Translations under genes and position numbers: made by a program | Assembly (NCBI GenBank): GCA_964016885.1 | Contig: OZ024742.1 | Span: 232,624,001-232,688,000 of the forward strand | Source of the DNA: Eledone cirrhosa | Lineage: Eukaryota | DNA: 64,000 nucleotides | Reading direction: 5' to 3' | Shown here: one piece after another, positions 52,960 to 64,000 of the stretch | How positions within the stretch are numbered: position 1 is the stretch's first letter | How the letters are laid out: every line of letters begins with the position of its first letter | The notes under the pieces: generated by a model | Told to the model about the DNA's origin: nothing | Databases searched by the model: none | Seen by the model: the letters and a program-made list of their open reading frames with translations, nothing else

Positions 52960-53460
52960 TTCAGTTAGCTGGGCGACTAAATTAGCAATGGAGGTGGGTG
53001 TTCTGAAAAGCCAGAGTGAAAATGGGATGGAATAAGTTCAAGGAGCTACTATCATTGCTAGCTATAAAAGGTTTTTCCTTCAAAATGAAAGGAAGATTTT
53101 ACGATGCTTGTGTATGAACAGCAATAAGATCTCAGTTCTGTTTGCAGAAGACCTTCAAAGATTGGAAAGAAATGAAGCTTGCATTCTCCGATGGATGTGT
53201 TATAGTAATATATATGAATGGTGAAGCATTAATGAACTGAGAGAGCAACTGGGCATAAAAGGGGTCAGAGGCATTGTGCATGAGAGGAAATTGCAGTGGT
53301 ATGGACATATGATGTCCATACAACTGTAGAAAAAAGTGCAGGAAAGCTTGGGATGAATTGATAAAAGCTGACTTTGCACAATTAAACCTCTCAAAAGTGA
53401 TAACACAGGATCAAAACCTATGGTGTTATGCTGTACTGCAGAAGCCCCGCCTTCCCATCT
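52960..53460 (+). mobile_element. Degenerate RTE LINE 3' fragment
   Basis: Similar to the minus-strand 31970-32560 region (GGCSE, KGFSFKMKGRFYDAC, LQWYGH). Confidence 0.7.
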
Positions 53461-54115
53461 GCACAAAATGAAACAGATGGAGCAAATATCTAGAAGACAC
53501 TAGTGTGCACCAATCTTTCTCCTCCCCATCCTACCTTAATACTCACTCATCCACATCACCAGCTTGCATACTTGTTTCATCCTCCCAACCGCACCTGCCA
53601 CCACCCCTCATACACCTTTCCTACCCTGTCCAATCCATGTATGTATGTATATATGGATCCGTAACTCCTGGTGGAGTCATAGGGGCACCGTAATGACATA
53701 CAGTGTTTCTTTGTCATTTAAAGCCTGTTAGAGCTCATCTCCTCTACAAGCTTGGAAAGCTGGACATCCTCCATGACTGTTCTCCCACAGTCCTACTGTC
53801 ACCCTGCAATGGTGGTTGTGCTGGTGACATGACAAAAAAGCACCCAGGCCACCCTACAAGGTGACTGTGCTGATGACATAACAAAGAGCACCCAGTCTAA
53901 ACTGTAGGTGGTCATGCTAGTACCATGATTAAAAAAGTGCCTAATCCATGTTGTAATGTGGTTAGTGTTAGGAAGAATGTCCAGCCATAGAAACCAAGAC
54001 AGAAACAGTTCCATATGAGCAAGATGTGGTCACCTGCCTTGACTTGTCTTATAATGTAACAACTTCTCTAATCCATGCAAGCATATAAAGTCGACATTAA
54101 ATGGTGATGATGATG

Positions 54116-54196
<81 letters not shown>

Positions 54197-54439
54197 TCCC
54201 ATAACTCCTGATAGTGTCGTAGGAGCACAATATTGACATACAGCATTTCTTGGGCCTTTTAAGCCTAGTGGAGCCCAGGCCTGAGTACAGCAGATTTCTT
54301 CCAGAGAAAGATAGAAAGTGAGAGAGAGGAAAATGAGAAAGAGATATTGAGGAAGAATCCACCCAGTACTAGCTGGTACTTTTTTTGTCGACCTTGAAAG
54401 GATGAAAAACAAAGTTGACCTCGATGGGATTTGAACTCA

Positions 54440-54490
<51 letters not shown>

Positions 54491-54536
54491 CACACACACA
54501 CACACACAAACTTGAAATTGAAATGTAGCTAAAAAT

Positions 54537-54722
54537 AATTTTTCTACTTTTGGCACAAGGCCAGCAATTACCCAGTACATTACTGGTACTTTATTTTATC
54601 GACCCCGTCAGGGTGAAAGGCAAAGTTATCCTCGGTGGGATTTGAACTCAGAATGGCAAGGGCCGTAACTCCATGCGTCAAAGCATAGCGTCCGACCCTC
54701 TACCGATACTGCCAATCCACTG
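54537..54722 (-). mobile_element. tRNA-derived SINE
   Basis: Near full-length match to 6703-6890. Confidence 0.85.
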
Positions 54723-55198
54723 CCCTTGTAGCTAAAAATAATAATAAATATAGGCATAGTTTTGTGATTCTGAAGTTTGCTAATTAATACATAACTTTGA
54801 GTGTTTTCTACTGTACTCTTTGGATCAATCAATTTTATATGAATAGAATTTTGCAATGGAACAAGCACAAATTAAAATCCCTCAAAGTTTATAGAAACTG
54901 ACCAATTACTAACTTCCTATAGATGTATTGGAATTGTATCAGTAATCAAGTCAAAGATATCCAGTGAAATGTTCTGACAATTCATAGTATGGATCTCCAA
55001 AGCTTTTATAGCATAGATCTCTTCATGGAATCTATGCCCCGTCCTTCCACCACCACCACCACCACCACCAACTCCTAGCATCTACAAAAGTAAATAAATA
55101 AATCAGTAAGCAGAATATAAAATAAATAGCCAATAGAGACTAATATATACATAGAAACCTGTATCAGCAAGTTGTATTGCATTGTATTAAAGGAAATC

Positions 55199-55432
55199 AT
55201 TAACTTTGCCTTTCATCCTTACGGGGTTAATAAAATAAAGTACCAGTAATGCACTGGGTAATTGCTGGCCTTGTGCCAAAAAGTAGAAACAATTATTATT
55301 ATTATAATTAAATGAGTTCAAATCCCGCCAAGGTTAACTTTGCCTTTTATCCTTGCAGGGTAGATAAAATAAAGTACCAGTAATGCACTGGAGTAATTGC
55401 TGGCCTTGAGCCAAAAATAGAAACAATTATTA
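55199..55432 (+). mobile_element. Two tandem 5'-truncated SINE copies
   Basis: SINE bodies at 55199-55278 and 55313-55432 with (ATT)n tails. Confidence 0.8.
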
Positions 55433-55731
55433 TAAATAAATGAAATCATTATTGTATTTTTTATTCTTATGTATATGTCAGCTTTTGGTTCCAAAATTCA
55501 ATCAATCCTCCTAGATAGTTCCATTGATCCCTGGAGATTGGCCACTTTTGTGTGTGTGTGAAGTATATTTATACTTTACAAAACTGATGTAAAATGATGC
55601 ATTATATGGTAGATACACCACTAGAGAAAATATAGAAGGAATTCTATTTTAGTAAAATTTTTACTGCTTGAAAATATATTATATTGAATTAGTTTGTAAT
55701 AAATTTATTTCTCTCATTATTATTTTAATAG

Positions 55732-55905
55732 ATTACAGAATACAAAGAAGAGGTACTGTAGAAATGGCTGAATCTAATGGTAGAAATATATTACCAGTTA
55801 ACAAGAAACTACGTTCAACAACTCAACAGTTTGTAAAATTAAAGGGAACATTACCCACAAAGAACAATTTAAAATCTGAGCAGGAAACATCTGTTGATTC
55901 ATCAG
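55732..55905 (+). CDS. Probable exon of an unknown host gene (ATG at 55764)
   Basis: ttttaatag acceptor; gaaATGg context; CAG|gtatgt donor; phase-compatible with the next exon. Confidence 0.55.
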
Positions 55906-56159
55906 GTATGTTTACTAGTTTGTATGTATGTCTATGATAGATAAGGGTTAGTTAAATGAAGTAGTTTGGCTCCTAAATGAACACAGCTAATTTAGTATTT
56001 GGTGTGGATGAATTTTAAATGAGATAAATGAATGGACCCTTTAACTCGTAATGGAGTTGTAGGGGCACCATTGTGACATATAGCATGTCTTGAGTACTTT
56101 AAATCTGACAGAGCCCATCCCTCTTCAGATTTGAATGCAGCTGATTTCTCCCAGAGAAG

Positions 56160-56190
<31 letters not shown>

Positions 56191-56596
56191 GGGGGATTGA
56201 TTGAGAGGAATTTAGAAAGCAATATAGACCCTAGTACTGAACTGCTACTTTTTTTTTTATCAAGGTGCACAATAATGTGTGGGAAGAGGTGAGACAAGAA
56301 TTTCCAACTGTAATGTTTACCAAAGCTGCATTGGTATAAAAGTAATTAGGTGAATTGTTCTCCTTAACATTATTTTCAAATTGCCCTCCTTAAATATTCA
56401 AATCGCTCCCCTGTGGGGCATGAGCCTCAATTTAGGAATCACTGACCTAAGCCATCTGAATGGGTAGACAGAAACTGTAGAAGTCCATCAAACAATATGT
56501 ATTTGTATTTGGGTGGTAGACATGAATTTCAAGAAATATTTATGAATGTATATCAACCTGAAATTCTTTACAGCTTTCTTTCTTTTCATTATCTAG

Positions 56597-56979
56597 ACAG
56601 TTCCATTTCTGATGAAGAGGACTACAATAGCTCAGAAAGTTCCGAAAGTTCCGAATCTTCAGCTACTTCTTTACATTTGCCAGGTCGTCCTGAAGATGGT
56701 TCAGAAACATCGGAAGAAACTGATAGTTCAGATTGCTCTGACAGCTCAGACAATTCCAATAGTTCATCAGAGTCAGATATTGAGGATCTAATTACTATGA
56801 TAAAATCAAATCGTACACATATTGAAGAATTCCGAAAAGGAATTTTAAACAAGAATAGTCCAGACACTACTAATAATCTTCCCTTATTTAATAAAACAGC
56901 AGTTGACTCATTATTTCAGAATAATGATACAAAGAACTCTACTGAAAAAGAGAAAAAAGACAGACCAAAGAAAAATTGA
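56597..56979 (+). CDS. Probable terminal coding exon, Ser/Asp/Glu-rich
   Basis: Polypyrimidine tract plus ctag acceptor; G|AC joins in frame (DSS-D-SSISDEED); open to TGA at 56977. Confidence 0.6.
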
Positions 56980-57323
56980 TTGAATTTCATTTGTTTTATG
57001 CATGGAGCCTAGTTTTAATTTTTAGTACTTAGATTTGGCATTATGTCAGATTTTTTTTCATTTATGTCTTTCATAATCATGATTAGACTGAACTAATCAT
57101 AATTGTGCTAGGTCTTCCTTTCTATACTCCAAAGAGAACTATGTCAAAGTGCCTAGTTAAATAGACATACCCATGAGTATGTAGCTAAAACTTAAAATCT
57201 GGATGTTCCTATAGATATAAGAATATAAAGTGGTGAACAGATTGCAGACCAAATATCATGCACTCAGGTATTAATGAGAAATATGCCTGCTTTTTATTTA
57301 TCTCTATCACTAATATTCCCCTG

Positions 57324-57381
57324 TATTTACACATCACATTAAATATGAATGTTCATTCATATTTAATGTGATGTGTAAATA
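57324..57381. repeat. Perfect 28-bp-arm palindrome
   Basis: tatttacacatcacattaaatatgaatg-tt-cattcatatttaatgtgatgtgtaaata. Confidence 0.9.
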
Positions 57382-57789
57382 TCCAGATCCAATAATATAT
57401 CAACTTTCAAATTAAATAGGTGTTTCTTGTTATCTTGGAGAAGCTATATCAACTATAAATGATTGCAAAGCCAGAAAGGGAGAAAAAGAGAGAAGAAGGA
57501 GAGAGAGAGAGAGAGGAACACATACATGTCATTGGACTATGTAATTGTTGATGCAGACATTCAACTTTCTGTATTTTAACAATGAGACAATCGAATGAGT
57601 TTATGCAGAGCATAATCCATTGTTTTCTTCCAAATGAGAAACACACTTTTGTAGTAGATAGAATAGAAGGTAGACCAAAGCAACATTCTCCAGGAGGGTT
57701 ATATGCTGCTGTATAATAGTTGCATAATATTGATATGATAGAATGTTAGCATGTACGATATGTAATCACCATGCAAAATATTTGGAGCA

Positions 57790-58095
57790 TGTAATCTTCT
57801 TCTTCTTCTTCTTCTTCTTCTTCTTCTTCTTCTTCTTCTTCTTCTTCTTCTTCTCCCCCTCCCCCTCCTCCTTATTGCTAAGAGTGTCATGGGAGACAGA
57901 GTCCTCAAACACCCCTTCTACCGGGTCCTGTCAGAAGCAACCATTTCCAACTGATCCGACTAGATCCCCAAGCGAGACCAGCTGAGCTTATGGATGTTTT
58001 CCAGCCCTCTTGCTTGGGGTCCACCCCTGGGTCTCCTGCTAACTGATAAAATCTGTCCAGTGATTCTTTCCTGAAACATTCTAACCACATGAGCA
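57790..58095 (-). mobile_element. Retroposon 3' end with (AAG)n tail
   Basis: (CTT)n tract adjoining a GC-richer, LINE-like segment. Confidence 0.4.
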
Positions 58096-58989
58096 TGTAA
58101 TATAAACAACAATAAATTGAATGTATTTATTTATAATAAAAATTATATTCTTACATTAAATATATTTATTCAGTTAATTATATCAATAATAAAGGTTTCC
58201 TATTTGGTTACAAAACTATTTTTTCTAACATGTATGTCATTATATTACTAAGAAAACATATAGGAGTAAAGACCCCCTTCGGTCACAAATGACCATGAGA
58301 TTTGAACCAAAAAAATTACCCTCCGAGGCACAAGTCTGGGCAAGGTGGTTTGGGGAAGATCAGCAGTTTCCCATGTATACCAGCCTCCCCTCTCCACGCC
58401 ACCGATGTTGCCTAAGGGAAAGGTAAAGGCTGATTTAGCTTGGCACCAGTGACTTGCAACTAATTTCTACAGCTGAGTAAACTGGAGCAACGTGAAATAA
58501 AGTGTCTTGCTCAAGAACACAACATAAAGCCCAGTCCGAGAAACATTTAGTTTATTTGTTTCTACTTTAGGCACAAGGCCAGCAATTACCCAGTTCATTA
58601 CTGGTACTTTATTTTATCGACCCCGTAAATTGACCCATTTACAGACAGAGATTCAGATCAGCACTGGTTAAAGAATACAAATTGCCTATAGATAGACTTG
58701 CTGGCAAATAATTACTTTATATTTTACTGACCTACTACTTATTTATATATATGTATGTGTGCGTTTTATGAAGGCACATGGCTTAGTAGTTAGAGAGTTG
58801 GATTCGTAATCGCGAGGTTGCAAGTTCAATTCTCGGATGCGTGAATTGAACAAGACACTTTATTTCAGGAGTTGCAACTGGTAGATAGTATCAGCAATGG
58901 AAAGACCAATAGAGACAAAAGTTTCCCTGGTCCGATTTGATGAGGTCCACCCCACTGGGATCTTGTCGATCGATCAGAGCGATGTGTGT

Positions 58990-59063
<74 letters not shown>

Positions 59064-62000
59064 CTAAGACTGTATACAGATCTAACCAGAATATAAATAG
59101 ATCTAAACCAACCTATGATCTCAAGCAAACATAAACTACAATCCTACAATCAACTATACTGTATCAGTTGTAAATTATAATTAAAACATGTCCTTCAACA
59201 TCATATCCTAGCCCTCTCAGTAAAACATCAACCATCCTGATCCAAATACTGGTATCAGGGCGATGGATGTCATCAGCCTGCAGCTGCCATATTTAGTTTC
59301 TATATTACTCTGCATTTGTGGGAGGTGGCTGAGTAGATCTGGAGGAAAGAGCAGTGCACATAGATTTTACATGCCCTCCAGGGAGATTGATACTGTTGAT
59401 GTACTGCATAAACCGTAATGGAGTACTTGTTGACTTGTAGAAACTGCATGAACAGATAGAAAGCTTCAGAAAACTGACACTATGGGCAGGAAGAGCTGGG
59501 TGTTGGGGGTTAGTATGATTCTCAGGGAAGTGGACATAACATTGGTGATGAGAAGGGGAGAGACGAGTGAGTGCCAGAGTAGAGCTGGCATGAGACCAGC
59601 CAGATATGAGGAGCAGAGGCCATGGTAGTAATGGTAGAAAGAGCAGACAGGAGATATCACATCTGTTAACTAGTGGTTGGAGCAAGACTGTTTTTGTACA
59701 TATCCTATTTATCAAGTGACTTTACTCTGGATGCAGTCTCGAATGTTTGTGCTTGCAGCATCCACAGTCCCAGATGTAGGTTTATCCACAGTCCCATTGT
59801 GGGTCTATCTGAAGTTTGTTGGGGGCTAAAGTACTTTATGGCTCTGAAAAGAAGGGCAGTCTCTGAGATGCAGTTCTAGCTATGTAGATGCTATGTATTT
59901 ACCATGTGAGTAATTGTGAGAGCTCTAGATATATGCTGGTCATGTCTGTGTTTCAATTAATTTCAAACAGCCCAATATTTGGAGAAATTTAAACTAAATT
60001 TTTCATTAGTAAGCTGATATTTAGAACATTACTTAAGAAAAATTTCTTACATAAATTTATGATGAAAGCTTTTAATGTACAGATAAACATTTAAAAATTA
60101 GCAATGTTTTTGTTTTTGTTTTAATATATGTGTGTTTCAGAGGATATGTGTAGACTGGAGAGAAATGAAGCAACCATGCTTCATTGGATGTGCAAATGTA
60201 AGTGTGAGAGAAAAGCAGATATTTTAATATATTTTGCAAAGCATGTTTCCAATTAGATTGTTTACTCCGAGTTCAACTCTGATGAGTAGATCTCTGATTA
60301 AAAGTGCTCCATTTTAAAAAATAGTCTTTTTCTATATCACAAGAAGGACTACATTATTTAATGCATCTTTCTATATTTAAGTTGATGAGGGTGATTTGAG
60401 GAAGATTTTCCTAGCCGGTCATTGACTCATCCTGAGTTCATTAAACATAGTGGGTGTGCTTATATAAACAGCAACACTAGTATAGGGAGATTGTTGTTTA
60501 CATTTATAAAAGTTATCTTCAGATATTTTGGTCTTAACATCCTTATCATAGATTAACATTAGGCTCTTTGTTAACTACCAAAGTTTGTCCCATTATGATT
60601 CTTGTTGACTTCTTTAGTTCAAACCTAGTTTTCACTCCCTTATGAAATCTGTCATAGCAATTCAATGTATTGACGTTGTACTTTGTAGAGTAAGATGACA
60701 CTGAAAGGGTTGTGCTTTATATTGTGTTCAAGTATTTTAATTGTATTAATCTTACATTGTATGAACTTCAATATGAGCTGTGGTAGGAATATATTGGTTC
60801 TGAGACAACTACTACATTATCTTGTTTTTGATAGCATATATGTGCTGCTGCTGCATAAGAAATTTTTCAAAATATTTCTCCTTTATATAAATTCAACATG
60901 TAGTTTGGTTTTCTCAGATATCACTTTAACCTGTAATTGTACAGCAGTGAAGTTTAATGTCAAGATAATCCATGTTATTTCTTTCCTTTGTAGGCTGCAC
61001 CTTGTTGTTGCTTACTCCAAGGTTAACCTTGTTAAAGCAGACCTATAATAAAAGATCAAATTTTACCCCCACCTCACCCCACTTTTTCTTTTTTTACCCA
61101 TAATAGATTTCATAAAAAGTAGCAGATTGTTTTAGAAAGTAGCCCAAAATGAAAATTGTGCATGAAAATAAAAACAAATAAGAAGAAATACCCACAATAT
61201 GTAATTGCACTCAACATAATCCTTAATCGAAGATCAAAAAAGACCATAAAATCATTCACCACCCAACCTCTGTCACACAGATGTGCTATCTCATCTTTTT
61301 GCTTTTTATGCCATTAGGATTTTTTTCAACATACTGATGCGTATGTGTATATGTGCATGCATTTGTGTATGTACATATGCATATATTTATATGTATGAGT
61401 ATATAAATATAAGCACTCACTGTAAATGAGGTTGGTGTTAGGAAGGGCATCCAGCTGTAGAAATCAAGCCAAATCAGTTCCTGTATGAGCAAGGCATGGT
61501 CAGCTGACCAGACACTGCCCACAACAAGACAACCTGTCTAACCCATGCTAGCGTGGAAGAACGGATGTAAAACGGTAATGATGATGATGATGAAACACAC
61601 AAACACAGATACACTTACAAAAATACACACTCACAGACATACATTCACACAAACACACTTACATTCGCATACAGCGTAGCAAATGTAACGTCAACCGTTG
61701 TTTTGCTATAGTTTTTTCACCATCCTCTTTCTTCCTTTTACCACACACATACATTCACTCAAATACATACACACACATTGTGTGATGGACGGACGAACAG
61801 AAGTCACTCAAATTTATATATAGATTAATAGAGTGGCATCTGATCCTAGAAGGAGGAAAGGCAAAATTGACTTCAGTGTGATTTGAACTCAGAATGTAAA
61901 GAGCCAGAACAAATACCGATAGTTTACTAACTCTTCCAATCCACCAGCCTTAGTGATATTTCAATATTAAAAAGAAAAATATTGATTTTCCAAAGAAAGA

Positions 62001-62699
62001 AGAAAAAAATCGATGCAATTATTTACCATGAAATAAATATATCTCTGTTGTAAATAAAGCATGAATATTTCCTGTCTAAGCATGAATATTTTTTTACTTC
62101 ATTAAATCCTTTTTAACTAGTGTTATGTGGTGTATGAACCAGTTTATACACAAATATTTCATTAATACAGTGTTAGGTAAAGATCATGCACCATAGCGAT
62201 AATTTATTACACATGAAAATTTTATTTAATTATTATATGTGCTGTTCAAAATGTCCTCCTTCTTTTTCAAAATACATTTCAATTCTGTGCCTACTTGATT
62301 CATTAACATGTCAGAGAGCATCCTCTGTCATTTTACTGCAGTCATATTTAATTCTTTCTTTAAGTTCCTCAACATTTCTTGGGTGTGTCTGATAAACAAC
62401 TGATTTCAAATGGCCCCACAAAATAAGAAAATATCAAAACAAATTAGACATTTAAAACATGATTAATTAATTAATCCCTATGGTGTGCGAATTTTGCCTC
62501 ACCCTGTACTCTGAAAAAAACTAACTATATATATTGATAAACAACAAACTGGACCAAAAGTGAGGATTGTGTTGTATTCCTACACCTGAGGCACTTGACA
62601 CAGGATGTATACCCATGAAAAGTAGCTCCAATCATATTATTACATCCCCCCTACTAATCAAGGGATTATTATTATCCTGTGGATTTCAGAAAGGGATTG

Positions 62700-64000
62700 T
62701 AATACATGTCTTATTATTGTTTGTTGGAGAATTGTCTCTGGATCCTCTTGCACCTCTTGCATGACCAGTTTGAAGTCTCTAATATGTATAATTGTAGTTG
62801 ACTGCCAGTGTCCATTTTGGTCTTGAACTCTAACAGGTTGTCCGGGTTAGACAGAGAAAAAAGTGTAACAAAACTTAGTTATAGAGTTTATTATCTGTAT
62901 CTTAGCGGTTTGTGTATTTCATGGCCACTTCTGATTGCTGCTGAGGTCTTTTGATCAGGGACACTATTTATGTTGGTGTGGCTAGGTATAATTGATGAAA
63001 CAGGCTCTTTAAAACAGAAATCTTTGGTTTGGCTATACTACTATCTTGTATCTGGACTCTATTGTGTCTCTTGCATTACCAGTTAGAAGACTCTAATATG
63101 TATGATTGTGGTTGACTGCCAATGTCCATTTTGGTCATGAACTTGTACAGGCTGTCCTGGCACCAGTAGTAGTAAGGTCAACAGCTGTTTTGTCGTGATG
63201 TTTTTCTTGATGTTCTTGATGGAATTTTAAGTCATCACAAATATAATTGGGATTGGGAAACTGGATTTTGTACTCTAGATATGAGGTTAGCTGTTACAAC
63301 CTGATTACTGAGCAATTCATCTGAACTTGGTAAGCTGTGATTTCTTGATGTTGCTCATAGACATAACAGTGCAAAATTAGCATTGGTTTCTATTTACCTT
63401 GAGTAATATTTTGACAGTCTGAATCTGTTTTTCTACAAAACCATTTTATTGTGGAAACTTTGGAAATTATTTTATGTAATCAAATTGTTATTCTTTAACA
63501 AATTCTCGGCAGCTACACTGCTATGGGAATACCATATTCAGAAAATATCCTTTTTTTGTTGATATAATCATGTCACTTGTGCATTGTCCTTTCATCTTGC
63601 ATATAATAGGAAATTTTCTGTAGTAATTAGTACTTATTAAACGTCCATGGTCACCAAAAAGAAACACAGATCAATGCCAACAACTTCCTATGCTTGATTA
63701 AGAATTTCATGTGCTTGTAGGGTTCCATGAGGACGTGTAGGAAAGGAAGGTTTTCCTGACATATGGAACATATATTGATCGTGTTCTAGATGTCAGGACT
63801 GATTTTCCCCACAAAATTGCAAATCTAGCTCAAAGATGTGTCTTTTCGATACCCTGATGATTGTAAGGATGTTGATCTAATATGACCCTCTGTTATGTGC
63901 CTGGAATCAAGATTCTTGATCTTTTCCAAATGCTATGATAATTAACTGAAAGTTGGCCTCTTTATGACCAGTAGAAATGTATTGGAGGTGGTAATTCCTT
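62700..64000 (-). mobile_element. Highly degenerate Gypsy integrase region with internal duplication
   Basis: Minus-strand remnants VGIDL, NYYRKFPI and PGQPVRVQDQNGHW; the last segment occurs twice (~62772-62840 and ~63087-63158). Confidence 0.55.

Noticed and set aside
59240-59900. Possible LINE endonuclease relic on the minus strand
   Set aside because: Motifs too degraded to assign

Overview
AT-rich, microsatellite-dense eukaryotic DNA, almost entirely mobile-element derived. The SINE, RTE and (TA)n/(CA)n content resembles an octopod mollusc genome, which is an inference. The window holds three full-length but frameshifted Ty3/Gypsy LTR retrotransposons with TSDs (two CsRn1-like, one compact 4.2 kb element), a further orphan LTR, CR1/L2, Tx1/L1 and RTE LINE fragments, a mariner relic, small MITEs, many copies of a tRNA-derived SINE and two probable exons of an unknown acidic host gene. 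The main signal is a Penelope/hammerhead system. One Penelope-like element (RT + GIY-YIG, open ORF) has 1.6 kb inverted pseudo-LTRs that carry a hammerhead ribozyme (HHR). About ten further HHR or HHR-half motifs of unrelated sequence sit in short non-coding elements nested in (TA)n tracts. Three of these elements show terminal redundancy (430, 591 and 657 nt monomers), as expected for retrozyme-like circular RNAs. Several others are fold-back palindromes. Most (TA/CA)-rich ORFs in the supplied track are microsatellite artefacts. All folds were read by eye and none is experimentally tested.
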